From positions 544,001 through 608,000 of the forward strand of contig CAVVLJ010000021.1 of the NCBI GenBank assembly GCA_963749075.1: a stretch of 64,000 nt of DNA, given 5' to 3'. Positions 30,861 through 40,410 of this stretch are shown here, piece after piece (the stretch's first letter is position 1; each line of letters opens with the position of its first letter). The notes beneath the pieces were generated by a model, which saw only the letters and a program-made list of their open reading frames with translations, was not told where the DNA came from and searched no databases. This DNA comes from an uncultured Pseudomonadota bacterium (GTDB taxonomy: Bacteria > Pseudomonadota > Alphaproteobacteria > JACZXZ01). Made by a program: the position numbers and the translations under genes.

Positions 30861-31943
30861 ATGCTTCCGCTCGGCGTCGCCGTCATCGGCATGGGCATCG
30901 GGGGCCGCCACGTCGAAGCCTTCAAGGCGCTGCCGCGGCAATTCACGATTGCCGCCCTCTGCGACCTCGATGCGGCGCGCGCGCGCCAGGTGGCCGAAGC
31001 GAACGGCGTCGCCCGCGTCACGACCGACGTGGAGACGCTCTTCGACGATCCGGCGATCGCGGTGATCGACATCTGCACGCCGCCCGCCAGCCATCGCGGG
31101 CTCATCGAGCGCGCGCTCGCCGCGGGTAAGCTGGTGATCTGCGAGAAGCCGCTCGTCGGCTCGCTCGCCGAGATCGACGAGCTCATGCGCTTCGAGGCGG
31201 CGCACGGCGCGCGCATCCTGCCGGTCTTCCAGTACCGCTACGGCCAGGAGCTGCAGAAGCTCAAGCATCTCGTCGAGCTCGGCATCGCGCGGCGCCACTA
31301 CCTCACGACGGTGGAGCTCGCCTGGAGGCGGGGGCCCGACTATTACGCGACGCCCTGGCGCGGCAAGTGGCGGAGCGAGCTCGGCGGCGTGCTCGTGACG
31401 CAGGCGATCCACTTCCTCAACGTCCTCGCCTACATCCTCGGCCCGGTGCGGCGCGTCTTCGCCTCGACCGCGACCCGCGTCAACGCGATCGAGGTAGAGG
31501 ATTGCGCCGCCGCCGTGCTCGAGTTCGCGGATGGCTCGCTTGCCACGCTCGCCGCGACCTTGGGCTCGGCGCACGAGACGACGCGCCTGCGCTTCTGCTT
31601 CGACGGGCTCTCGGCGGAAAGCGGCGCCGATCCCTATAACCCGGGGACCGCACCGTGGCGCTTCGTGGCGGCGCCGGAGCTGGCGCCCCGCATGGGTGCG
31701 TGCCTTGCGGATTTCACACCCGCAGCCGACGGCTTCGCCGGCCTCTTCGCGCGCTTTGCCACGGCGCTCGAGACGGGTGCGCCGTGGCCGCTCGGCTTGA
31801 GCGATGCGCGCCGCGCCATCGAGCTCATCACGGCGCTCTATCTCTCCGCCGAGAGCGGCCGTGCGGTGCCCCTGCCCTTGCCGCCCGGCTCTGCGAAATA
31901 CGCCGGCTGGACGCCTTCCTATGCGCGCAGCACCGGCGGTTAG
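30861..31943 (+). CDS. Gfo/Idh/MocA oxidoreductase
   Basis: VIGMGIG, CEKPL and GGVLVTQAIH motifs. Confidence 0.9.
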   Translation: MLPLGVAVIGMGIGGRHVEAFKALPRQFTIAALCDLDAARARQVAEANGVARVTTDVETLFDDPAIAVIDICTPPASHRGLIERALAAGKLVICEKPLVGSLAEIDELMRFEAAHGARILPVFQYRYGQELQKLKHLVELGIARRHYLTTVELAWRRGPDYYATPWRGKWRSELGGVLVTQAIHFLNVLAYILGPVRRVFASTATRVNAIEVEDCAAAVLEFADGSLATLAATLGSAHETTRLRFCFDGLSAESGADPYNPGTAPWRFVAAPELAPRMGACLADFTPAADGFAGLFARFATALETGAPWPLGLSDARRAIELITALYLSAESGRAVPLPLPPGSAKYAGWTPSYARSTGG

Positions 31944-31947
31944 CGCA

Positions 31948-31987
31948 TAAACGAAAGGCCGCGGGGTGCTGAGGCACCTCCGCGGCC
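31948..31987 (-). terminator. Rho-independent terminator for a minus-strand transcript (may act bidirectionally)
   Basis: Minus strand reads GGCCGCGGAGGUGC-loop-GCACCCCGCGGCC followed by UUUCGUUU. Confidence 0.7.
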
Positions 31988-32563
31988 CATCGGCGGGCGA
32001 AGCCGCCTGAAATGGGTGAGGCGTCAGGAGCGTAAGCGAGAACCCACGCAAGTGTCCGGGCGGGACACCCCTGACGCCTCTGGAGCCGAAGCCCCATGGC
32101 GCAGGAGAGCGGCCAGGCTTCCGGCTGTCCCGCTCCGCAGACGCGACCCCGTGAGGGGACGCCCCCTTTGGAGCGGGGAGCCGTATCCCCCTCGCGGAGG
32201 ATCGCCGGCAAAGAGGCTCACCCGTCGGCCGCGTCCGCTCCTCCCGTCGCGTCCCTCCTCCCTTGCGGGAGAATTTTCGCGCCTGGGACCGCGATTCCCC
32301 GTAAGGTCTCGCGGCCCCCCGTGACGGCCCCGGCAGCCCGAAGGCTTACCGACGCCGATCTGGGAAAAGAGCGGCCAACCGGGAGTTCGACCTCCCGCCC
32401 GGCGGCGCGGTGTCCCGAAGAACTCCCCGCCACCGAGGCCGGGCGGTGCCGCCCCGAAGGGCCGCATCGCCCCGAAGCCCTCGTCCTCTAGCCCGCCGGC
32501 CGAAACCCCAAGGGGCAACGGTCAGTTCCGCTTGGGACGATCCGCTTCGACACTCTCTCGTGC
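31950..32563 (-). ncRNA. Candidate large structured ncRNA, copy A
   Basis: No credible ORF. Many UUCG/GNRA-capped hairpins on the minus strand, a 3' three-way junction shared with copy B, promoter TTGATC-N16-TACGAT (32598-32571) and a downstream terminator. Confidence 0.7.
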
Positions 32564-32570
32564 CGCATAA

Positions 32571-32690
32571 ATCGTACTTCACCAAGATGGAAGATCAATA
32601 AGAAAAGCGCGGCGACTTGAAAATATCTGTGCGCAGATTTGTCAATTCCGCACAATGGCTCCACAAGTTCTCCACAGTCTTATCCACAAA
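32571..32690 (-). promoter_or_regulatory. AT-rich promoter region with tandem DnaA boxes
   Basis: TTCTCCACA at 32668-32676 and TTATCCACA at 32680-32688; TTGACA on the minus strand at 32640-32645. Confidence 0.65.
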
Positions 32691-32774
32691 CAGTATTCGC
32701 TTGCGGCGGACGCGGCATTGCCATGGCCGGTTCGAGCCATTGCACGAGCTGCCGCGGAGCGCCGCCTGGCGGCC

Positions 32775-34238
32775 TCATGGCTCGGGCAATCCGGCCTTGC
32801 GCAGCCCCTCGATCATATGCTCCCGGGCGGCCGCATCGGAGTATTGCTCGAGACGCCATCGCGTCGCCCTGACGCTGCCGTTCGGCAGCATGAGCATCTC
32901 GGCGAGCGCGCCTTTCGCCTCCTCGCCGCGGCCGAGTTGCGCATAGCTCGCCGCCAAGAGATGCGAGCTATGGCCATCGGGGCGGATGCGGTGCGCTTCC
33001 AGCGCGACCTCGAGCGCGCCCTCGTAGCGCCCGAGGCTATAGAGGGCCGCTGCCTTGTGGCAGAGCATGAAGAAGGCCTGCGGGTCCCGCGGGCTGAGGC
33101 GCTGCCAAACCTCGACCGCGTCGATCGCTGCCGCGTGCTGGCCGGCATGGGTCAGCGCGGCACCGAGGGCGACGTAGCCCAGAGCGAAATTCGCGTTCAA
33201 CTCGATCGCCCGGCGCGCCGAAGCGATCGCGCTGACGGCGTCGCCGGCCTCGTCGCGAATGCGCGACAGCATGTAATGGGCAGCTGCGTTCTCGTCATCG
33301 AGCGCAATCGCCCGCTCTGCGGCCGCTTCCGCTTCCTCCCTGATCGAGGCGAAGTCCCGCGAGCCGTAGAGGCATTGCATGTTGAGCGCGCGGACCACCC
33401 CGATATGAGCTTCGGCGAGATTGGCATCGAGTGCGATCGCCGTCTGGAACAGCCGGTAGGCGGCGAGCGCCTCCGCCTCGGCCGCCTTTCCCTTGTAGGT
33501 GAAGCTCGAATTGCGCGCGATGACGAAAAACGAGCGCCACTTGGAGAGCGCCGTGATGATGTCCTCGGTGATGCCGTCGACGAAGTATTCCTGCTCCGGG
33601 TCGCCGCTCATGTTGTTGAACGGCAGCACGGCGATCGAGGGCCGGTCGGGCAGCGGCGGCGATGGCGCAAGCTGCGGCGGCGCCGCGGGAGCCCTCCGCC
33701 CGCCGAGCAGGATGCGGTGGGCGTGAACCGGCCTTGCGATGTTCTTGACCTGTTGCTGGCCCATGTCCTCGAAGACGAAGCCGAGTTTGTCGCGCACCTG
33801 GTCGCGCACGACGCGGCTCACGCAGATGCCGCCGGGCTCCGCCAGGGCTTCGAGCCGCGCCGCGACATTGACGCCGTCGCCGAAGATGTCGCCCTTGTCG
33901 ATGATGACGTCGCCGAGGTTGATGCCGATGCGGAACTCGATGCGCCGCCCGGCCGGCACCGGGGCATTGCGCTCGGCCATTGCCGTCTGCACCTCGACGG
34001 CGCAGCGCACCGCATCGACGACGCTGGCAAACTCGACGAGCAGCCCGTCGCCGGTGGTCTTGACGATGCGGCCGCGGTTCTCCGCGATCCTGGGGTCGGC
34101 CAATTCGTGGCGCACCGCCTGCAACGCCGCAAGCGTGCCCTCCTCGTCCTCGCCCATCAGCCGCGAATAGCCAGCGACATCGGCGGCGAGGACCGCTGCC
34201 AGCCGCCGCTCGACGCGCTCCCGCTCCCCGCTGCTCAT
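32775..34238 (-). CDS. Class III adenylate/guanylate cyclase-TolB_N-TPR protein (internally shortened)
   Basis: AADVAGYSRLM, KTTGDG, GDGVNVAARLE and PSIAVLPF motifs; TPR repeats. Confidence 0.9.
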   Translation of the reverse strand: MSSGERERVERRLAAVLAADVAGYSRLMGEDEEGTLAALQAVRHELADPRIAENRGRIVKTTGDGLLVEFASVVDAVRCAVEVQTAMAERNAPVPAGRRIEFRIGINLGDVIIDKGDIFGDGVNVAARLEALAEPGGICVSRVVRDQVRDKLGFVFEDMGQQQVKNIARPVHAHRILLGGRRAPAAPPQLAPSPPLPDRPSIAVLPFNNMSGDPEQEYFVDGITEDIITALSKWRSFFVIARNSSFTYKGKAAEAEALAAYRLFQTAIALDANLAEAHIGVVRALNMQCLYGSRDFASIREEAEAAAERAIALDDENAAAHYMLSRIRDEAGDAVSAIASARRAIELNANFALGYVALGAALTHAGQHAAAIDAVEVWQRLSPRDPQAFFMLCHKAAALYSLGRYEGALEVALEAHRIRPDGHSSHLLAASYAQLGRGEEAKGALAEMLMLPNGSVRATRWRLEQYSDAAAREHMIEGLRKAGLPEP

Positions 34239-34414
34239 CGCCCTGCATCCAAAAGCTCGGCGAAGCCTGTCCGGACACTCGCAAGTGGAGCCCGACCGCC
34301 CGGCGCCAGCATAGCCGGGGGCGCTCGCGTTATGGAAGCGATCCGATCGAGGCCGCGCGGGCGATCGGCTCATCCGACCTGCGGCGAGGCCGCCATGCGC
34401 TTGGTGCCGCGCGC

Positions 34415-34999
34415 TCAGCCGCGCCGGCGCAGCACCGCCACGAGATAGCGGCACCGTCCGCGTCCCGGGTTGACGAAGCGGCAGTCCGCGGGCGGGCCGA
34501 GGCGCAGGCAGTCGCCCGGGCCGAGATCATAGGCGGTCTCTCCCTGGACGAAGCGCAGGCGCCCCGCGAGCGCCACGATCTGCTGGTCCTCGATGAAGGC
34601 GAAGGCGGTGCTGGGGTAGGCGATCTCGGCACCCGCCGGCAACTCGCCCCAGACGAGCTCGAGCGGCGCCTCGGAGCTGCCGGGCGGCGTCAACGCGCGG
34701 CGGCGGAAGCCGGTCGCGGGGTCGCGCCAGACCTCTTGCCGGGCGGCGCGCAGAAGCCGCCCGCCCGCACCCTCGGCGCGGGCGAGGAGCTGCGAGAGGC
34801 TGAGCCCGAAGGCGCCCGAGAGACGGCCCAAGAGGGCCGCCGTCGGGCTGCTCGCGCCGCGCTCGACCTTGCTGATCATGGCGCGCGAGACGCCCGAGCG
34901 CCGCGCCAGCTCGTCCAGGCTCCAGCCCCGCGACGCGCGCTCGCTCTTCAGCCGGGCGGCCAGCCGGGCGTCGATCGAGTCCTCTATCATAGGAGACAT
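34415..34999 (-). CDS. XRE-cupin transcriptional regulator
   Basis: SLDELARRSGVSRAMISKVERG; C-terminal cupin LGPGDCL. Confidence 0.9.
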   Translation of the reverse strand: MSPMIEDSIDARLAARLKSERASRGWSLDELARRSGVSRAMISKVERGASSPTAALLGRLSGAFGLSLSQLLARAEGAGGRLLRAARQEVWRDPATGFRRRALTPPGSSEAPLELVWGELPAGAEIAYPSTAFAFIEDQQIVALAGRLRFVQGETAYDLGPGDCLRLGPPADCRFVNPGRGRCRYLVAVLRRRG

Positions 35000-35061
35000 T
35001 GTTATATTATAGTAGAAAATGCCAGGGACGGCCAAGGCCTTTCTCGGAGAGGTGCCGGGCG

Positions 35062-35568
35062 ATGACGGACGACATCCGCGATGCCACGCGCGACGACCTG
35101 CCGCGCATCCTCGCCATCACCAACGAGGCGATCGCCAACACGACGGCGCTTTGGACGCTCACGCCGACGGCGCTCGCGGCGCGCGCCGAGTGGTACGAGG
35201 AGCGCCGCCGCCTGGGCTTTCCCGTCCTCGTGGCGAGCATCGGGGGCGAGGTGCTCGGCTTCGCCTCGTTCGGCAGCTTCCGGCCGTGGGAGGCCTATGA
35301 GCGGACGGTCGAGCATTCGCTCTACATCGATGCCGCGGCGCGCGGGCGCGGGCTCGGCTCCGCACTCCTCGCAGCCCTCGTGCGGCGCGCCGAGGCGGGC
35401 GGCATGCACGCCATGGTCGGCGGCATCGAGGCGGGCAACGCCGCCTCGCTCCGCCTTCATGCCCGGCTCGGCTTCCGCGAGGCCGGCCGTCTCCGCGAGG
35501 TCGGGCGCAAGTTCGGCCGCTGGCTCGATCTCGTGTTCATGGAGCTCCTGCTCGGCGGCGGGCGCTGA
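35062..35568 (+). CDS. GNAT N-acetyltransferase (MnaT/PAT-like)
   Basis: TVEHSLYI…RGRGLG…NAASLRLH…VGRKFGRWLD. Confidence 0.9.
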   Translation: MTDDIRDATRDDLPRILAITNEAIANTTALWTLTPTALAARAEWYEERRRLGFPVLVASIGGEVLGFASFGSFRPWEAYERTVEHSLYIDAAARGRGLGSALLAALVRRAEAGGMHAMVGGIEAGNAASLRLHARLGFREAGRLREVGRKFGRWLDLVFMELLLGGGR

Positions 35569-35596
35569 AGGGCGCCGCCTCGGGGAGAGCGCAAGC

Positions 35597-36040
35597 GTGC
35601 TCGGCACCCTGGCAACGCTTCTCCTCCTCGCCGCCGCCGGCTGCGGGCTCGTCGCGCAGAACCTGCTGATGAGCCGCATCGCCGGCGGCGGGGCGATCTT
35701 GCCTGCGCTCTTGGCGAACTCCGCCGTGGGCTTGGCCCTCATCGTGGCGGCGGGATCGGGGTGGTACGGCAGCGCCTTCATAGCCGACACGGCGGCGCGC
35801 TTTCGCAGCTGGTGGATTCTTCCGGGCGTGCTCGGAACCCTCTTCGTCTTCGCCAGCGTCGCCGGCTACCGCCAGCTCGGCGCCGCGGCCACCTCGGCTG
35901 TGCTCATCGCCGTGCAACTCGCGGCGGCGCTGATGGCCGATGCGCTCGGCCTTGGCCCTGCCTTGCGGCCGGTCGGCCTCACGCAATGGCTCGGCGCCGC
36001 GCTTCTCGTGCTCGGCGCGACGCTTGTGCTGCGCAAATGA
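35597..36040 (+). CDS. DMT family transporter (YdcZ-like)
   Basis: GLVAQN, WWILPGVLG and LGAA…QL…D motifs. Confidence 0.8.
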   Translation: MLGTLATLLLLAAAGCGLVAQNLLMSRIAGGGAILPALLANSAVGLALIVAAGSGWYGSAFIADTAARFRSWWILPGVLGTLFVFASVAGYRQLGAAATSAVLIAVQLAAALMADALGLGPALRPVGLTQWLGAALLVLGATLVLRK

Positions 36041-36084
36041 AGGCGGCGTCAGGAGTGTCCCGAGGCCCCGAATACTTAGCAGAA

Positions 36085-36640
36085 ATGAAGGCGGCGTCGG
36101 GAGCGTAAGTTGGACTTACGCGCGTGTCCGGGCGGGACACTCCCGACGCCGCCGGGGCCTGGGCGGACCCCCGATGCCGGAGCGGCATGCGACCGCACCG
36201 CCACCGGCGCGCGCGTGCCTCAGGGAGAAACGCGCGCCACGCCGGTGCTTGAGGGCCAAGTCCGCCCTGGGCGGGACGGAGCCCTGGCCCGCGGCACGTC
36301 GCGGTTCGCGAAACCATGCCGGGGAACGGCCGCCGCTCGCGCGCCGACCCTTCCCAAGCTCAGGGAAGCCGGCTCTCCCGGGCGAGGAGAGGGCCCCCCT
36401 TGGCCGGCCTTGCGGGGCGCCTTGCGGCGTCCCTCCGTCCGGCCCCTGGCCCGCGTCCCGACGATCCGGCCTCCCCTGTCGCGACGGGCCGATCTGCGCG
36501 GACCGGCCTGCGACCGAGGACACCCCGCCCTCTTGCGAAGGCGGCGCCGCGCGTGCTTTGGGATCGCGGCCCGCGCCGGCCGGCGCCCGAAGGCGGCACG
36601 TCCGATGCGACCCGCATGTCCCATTGCGATGCACTCCAGC
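36085..36640 (-). ncRNA. Candidate large structured ncRNA, copy B
   Basis: Shares GCGTAAG…ACGC..GTGTCCGGGCGGGACAC and a covarying closing helix with copy A. GCAA/UUCG hairpins and 5'-3' long-range pairing on the minus strand. Confidence 0.68.
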
Positions 36641-36644
36641 ACCG

Positions 36645-36772
36645 AGAAAGAATAGTGACGGCCGTTCCTGCGAGCAGCAATGGAAAAATCAAGTAATTGT
36701 CAAATTTCTTGTGAATAAACAATGGCCTTCCTCACAATCTCCCAACAGATTGTCCACAGAGTTGTACACAGA
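36645..36772 (-). promoter_or_regulatory. AT-rich promoter region with tandem DnaA-like boxes
   Basis: TTGTCCACA at 36750-36758 and TTGTACACA at 36762-36770; TTGACA on the minus strand at 36698-36703. Confidence 0.6.
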
Positions 36773-37004
36773 TTCTCTGCACGCCGCGCTCCCTTCAGGT
36801 GCGCAACCGCCGAAGCCCTGCGGTTCCCCGGGAAAAATCCCCCCATCGCCGCCGCGGCCGCGCGTTTTTGCTGCGTTGCCGCAGATTGACTTAGGCGCCC
36901 GCGAGGCATAGAAAACCTACCGATACCCTGCCGGAACCCGGGCAGCTCACCGCCCGCGGCCGCTCCAGCGCTCGGCACGCCGAACCCGCCGAAGAAGGCG
37001 CCTC

Positions 37005-37403
37005 ATGACTCCCCGCAACAGGCCGCTCTCGCCCCATCTCACGATCTATCGCCCGCAGCTCACCTCGGTGCTCTCGATCATGCACCGGATGACCGGAGTG
37101 GCGCTCTCCTTCGGCACGTTCCTCCTCGTGTGGTGGATCGTGGGTCTGGCGCGCGGCCCCGCTTCCTTCGCGACCGTCCAGCATTTCCTCGCCTCGATCA
37201 TCGGCAGGCTCATGCTCTTCGGCTGGAGTTGGGCGCTCTTCTACCATCTCACGAACGGCCTCCGCCATCTCGCCTGGGACGCCGGCTGGGGTTTCGAGCT
37301 CAAGGACGTCTATCGCAGCGGCTGGTTCGTATTCGCGACCTCGGTGGCGCTCACGCTCATCGCCTGGATCGCCGGCTACGCCGTGATGGGGGCGCAGCCA
37401 TGA
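37005..37403 (+). CDS. sdhC: Succinate dehydrogenase cytochrome b556 subunit
   Basis: [18 protein letters not shown] and HLTNGLRHL motifs. Confidence 0.97.
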   Translation: MTPRNRPLSPHLTIYRPQLTSVLSIMHRMTGVALSFGTFLLVWWIVGLARGPASFATVQHFLASIIGRLMLFGWSWALFYHLTNGLRHLAWDAGWGFELKDVYRSGWFVFATSVALTLIAWIAGYAVMGAQP

Positions 37404-37789
37404 GCGGCATCCGCACGCCGCTCGGCCGCGCGCGCGGCCTCGGCTCGGCGAAAGAGGGCCCGCAGAATTGGTGGATGGAGCGCTTAACCGCGCTTGCCCT
37501 CGTGCCGCTCGGGCTGTGGTTCGCCTATTCGATGGTGTCGCTCGCGGGCGCCGACCACGGCACGGTCGCCATGTGGCTTGCGCGCCCGCGCAACGCCGTG
37601 CTCATGATCGTCCTCGTCATCGCCACCTTCCGTCACGCCCAGCTCGGCCTCAGCGTGGTGATCGAGGACTATGTTCAAGGCAGGGCGTTGCAGCTGGCAA
37701 CGCTCATCGCCGTCAGGTACCTCGCCGTGCTGCTCGCGGCGGGCAGCGTCTTCGGCATCGTCAGGGTCGCGTTCGGAGTGGTCGGCTGA
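37400..37789 (+). CDS. sdhD: Succinate dehydrogenase membrane anchor
   Basis: [12 protein letters not shown] and HAQLGL.VVIEDYV motifs. Confidence 0.96.
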   Translation: MSGIRTPLGRARGLGSAKEGPQNWWMERLTALALVPLGLWFAYSMVSLAGADHGTVAMWLARPRNAVLMIVLVIATFRHAQLGLSVVIEDYVQGRALQLATLIAVRYLAVLLAAGSVFGIVRVAFGVVG

Positions 37790-39579
37790 TGGCACAGGCC
37801 TACGAGATCATCGACCATAGCTACGACGTGGTGGTGGTGGGTGCGGGCGGCGCGGGCTTGCGGGCCGCACTCGGCATCGCCGAGAAGGGGCTCAAGTGCG
37901 CCTGCGTGACCAAGGTCTTCCCCACGCGCAGCCATACGGTGGCGGCGCAGGGCGGCATCAGCGCCGCCCTCGGCAACATGGGGGAGGACGACTGGCGCTG
38001 GCACATGTACGACACGGTCAAGGGCTCCGACTGGCTCGGCGACCAGGACGCCATCGAATACATGTGCCGCGAGGCGGTCCCGGCGGTAATCGAGCTCGAG
38101 CATTACGGCGTGCCCTTCTCGCGCACGCCCGAGGGCAAGATCTACCAGCGCCCCTTCGGCGGCATGACGACGGACTTCGGCGAGGGCACGGCGCAGCGCA
38201 CCTGCGCCGCCGCCGACCGCACCGGCCATGCCATCCTCCACACCCTCTACGGCCAGGCGCTCAAGCGCCATGCCGAGTTCTTCATCGAGTATTTCGCCCT
38301 CGACCTCATCATGGACGAGGACGGCGGTTGCCGCGGCGTGATGGCCTGGAACCTCGACGACGGCACCATCCACCGCTTCAGCGCGGCGCTCACCATCGTG
38401 GCGACCGGCGGCTACGGCCGCGCCTATTTCTCCTGCACCTCGGCGCATACCTGCACGGGCGACGGCAATGCCATGGTGCTGCGCGCCGGCCTGCCGCTTG
38501 AGGACATGGAGTTCGTGCAGTTCCATCCGACCGGCATCTACAGCGCCGGCTGCCTCATCACCGAGGGTGCGCGCGGCGAGGGCGGCTACCTCACCAACTC
38601 CGAGGGCGAGCGCTTCATGGAGCGCTACGCGCCCCACGCCAAGGACCTCGCCTCGCGCGACGTGGTGAGCCGCGCCTCGACCATCGAGATGCGCGAAGGG
38701 CGCGGCTGCGGGCCCAAGAAGGACTACGTGCTCCTCCACCTCGAGCACCTCGATCCCAAGGTGCTGCACGAGCGTCTCCCCGGCATCTCGGAGACGGCGA
38801 TGATCTTCGCCGGCGTCGACGTGACCAAGGAGCCCATCCCGGTGCTGCCCACTTGCCACTACAACATGGGCGGCATTCCGACCAACTACCACGGCGAGGC
38901 GCTGACGCGCTTGAATGGCGACGCCAATCACGTGGTGCCCGGGTTGATGGCGATCGGCGAGGCTGCCTGCGTCTCGGTGCACGGCGCCAACCGGCTCGGC
39001 TCGAACTCGCTGCTCGATCTCGTGGTGTTCGGCCGGGCTGCCGGCCTGCGTGCCGCCGAGCTGGTCAAGCCGGGCGAGCGGTTGAAGCCGCTTGCCAAGG
39101 GTGCCGGCGAGGCAGCGCTCGCGCGTCTCGACCGCCTGCGCCATGCCGACGGCGGCACACCGACGGCGCGCCTGCGCCTCGAGATGCAGCGCGCCATGCA
39201 GAGCGACTGCGCCGTCTTCCGCACGGGCGAGGTGCTGGCGGTCGGGCTCGCCAAGCTGCAGCAGTGCTGGGTGAAGCGCGCCGATCTCAAGGTGAGCGAC
39301 CGCTCGCTCATCTGGAACAGCGACCTCATGGAGACCCTCGAGCTCGACAATCTCCTGGCCCAGGCGCTCTGCACCATGGGCTCGGCCGGCCAGCGCACCG
39401 AGAGCCGCGGCGGGCACGCGCGCGAGGACCACAAGGAGCGCGACGACGTGAATTGGCTGAAGCATACGCTCGTGTGGTGCGATGACGGCGGCAAGCTCAG
39501 CTTCTCCGACCGCCCGGTGCACCTGCAGCCGCTCACCAACGAGGTGCAGTCCTTCCCGCCCAAGGCGCGGTCGTACTGA
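37789..39579 (+). CDS. sdhA: Succinate dehydrogenase flavoprotein subunit
   Basis: [15 protein letters not shown] and [11 protein letters not shown] motifs. Confidence 0.98.
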   Translation: MAQAYEIIDHSYDVVVVGAGGAGLRAALGIAEKGLKCACVTKVFPTRSHTVAAQGGISAALGNMGEDDWRWHMYDTVKGSDWLGDQDAIEYMCREAVPAVIELEHYGVPFSRTPEGKIYQRPFGGMTTDFGEGTAQRTCAAADRTGHAILHTLYGQALKRHAEFFIEYFALDLIMDEDGGCRGVMAWNLDDGTIHRFSAALTIVATGGYGRAYFSCTSAHTCTGDGNAMVLRAGLPLEDMEFVQFHPTGIYSAGCLITEGARGEGGYLTNSEGERFMERYAPHAKDLASRDVVSRASTIEMREGRGCGPKKDYVLLHLEHLDPKVLHERLPGISETAMIFAGVDVTKEPIPVLPTCHYNMGGIPTNYHGEALTRLNGDANHVVPGLMAIGEAACVSVHGANRLGSNSLLDLVVFGRAAGLRAAELVKPGERLKPLAKGAGEAALARLDRLRHADGGTPTARLRLEMQRAMQSDCAVFRTGEVLAVGLAKLQQCWVKRADLKVSDRSLIWNSDLMETLELDNLLAQALCTMGSAGQRTESRGGHAREDHKERDDVNWLKHTLVWCDDGGKLSFSDRPVHLQPLTNEVQSFPPKARSY

Positions 39580-39615
39580 GCGGCTGGCTCTCTCCCTCGC
39601 GCAAAGGATTCCGCG

Positions 39616-40392
39616 ATGCTTGTATTCAACCTTCCCGCCAATTCCAAGGTGCGCCCCGGCAAGACGCACCCGCCGCCGCCCGCGGCGAAGCGGCCCAAGG
39701 TCTTCAAGATCTACCGCTGGGACCCCGAGGACGGCGAGCGGCCGCGGCTCGACCGCTACACCGTCGATCTCGCGGACTGCGCGCCCATGGTGTTGGACGC
39801 CCTCATCAAGATCAAGAACGAGGTCGATGCCACGCTCACCTTCCGCCGCTCCTGCCGCGAGGGGGTGTGCGGCAGCTGCGCCATGAACATCGACGGCACC
39901 AACACGCTCGCCTGCACCAAGCCGATCGAGGAGGCGAAGGGCGAGGTCGCGGTCTACCCGCTTCCCCACATGCCGGTCGTCAAGGACCTCGTGCCCGACC
40001 TCACCCAGTTCTACGCCCAGCACGCCGCGATCGAGCCGTGGCTCAAGAGCGAAACACCGCCGCCCGACCGCGAGCGGCCGCAGGCGCCGGAGGACCGCGC
40101 CAAGCTCGACGGGCTCTACGAGTGCATCCTCTGCGCCTGCTGCTCGACCTCCTGCCCGAGCTATTGGTGGAACGGCAAGCGCTATCTCGGCCCCGCCACC
40201 TTGCTGCAGGCCTATCGCTGGATCAGCGACAGCCGCGACGAGGCGGCGGGCGAGCGCCTCGATGCGCTCGAGGACCCCTTCCGCCTCTACCGCTGCCACA
40301 CCATCATGAACTGCACCAAGACCTGCCCCAAGCATTTCAATCCGGCCAAGGCGATCGGCGAGCTCAAGAAGCTCATCTTCGAGCGCCGCTGA
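39616..40392 (+). CDS. sdhB: Succinate dehydrogenase iron-sulfur subunit
   Basis: [21 protein letters not shown] and [12 protein letters not shown] motifs. Confidence 0.98.
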   Translation: MLVFNLPANSKVRPGKTHPPPPAAKRPKVFKIYRWDPEDGERPRLDRYTVDLADCAPMVLDALIKIKNEVDATLTFRRSCREGVCGSCAMNIDGTNTLACTKPIEEAKGEVAVYPLPHMPVVKDLVPDLTQFYAQHAAIEPWLKSETPPPDRERPQAPEDRAKLDGLYECILCACCSTSCPSYWWNGKRYLGPATLLQAYRWISDSRDEAAGERLDALEDPFRLYRCHTIMNCTKTCPKHFNPAKAIGELKKLIFERR

Positions 40393-40410
40393 GGCGGCAG
40401 GGACCGGGCC

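Noticed and set aside
32024-32601. ORFs of 60-164 aa across candidate ncRNA A (similarly 35940-36911 across B)
   Set aside because: Arg/Pro/Gly-rich translations with no host codon bias or domain motifs, typical of GC-rich non-coding DNA.
32571-32690. Chromosomal oriC
   Set aside because: Only 2-3 boxes per cluster, duplicated at a second locus, with no hemE/dnaA/parAB context or extended unwinding element.
31950-36640. RNase P RNA, permuted tmRNA or SRP RNA as the identity of the structured regions
   Set aside because: No GAGGAAAGUCC or matching P4 partner, no tag reading frame or T-arm/CCA end, no SRP domain IV motif seen; two divergent copies would also be atypical.
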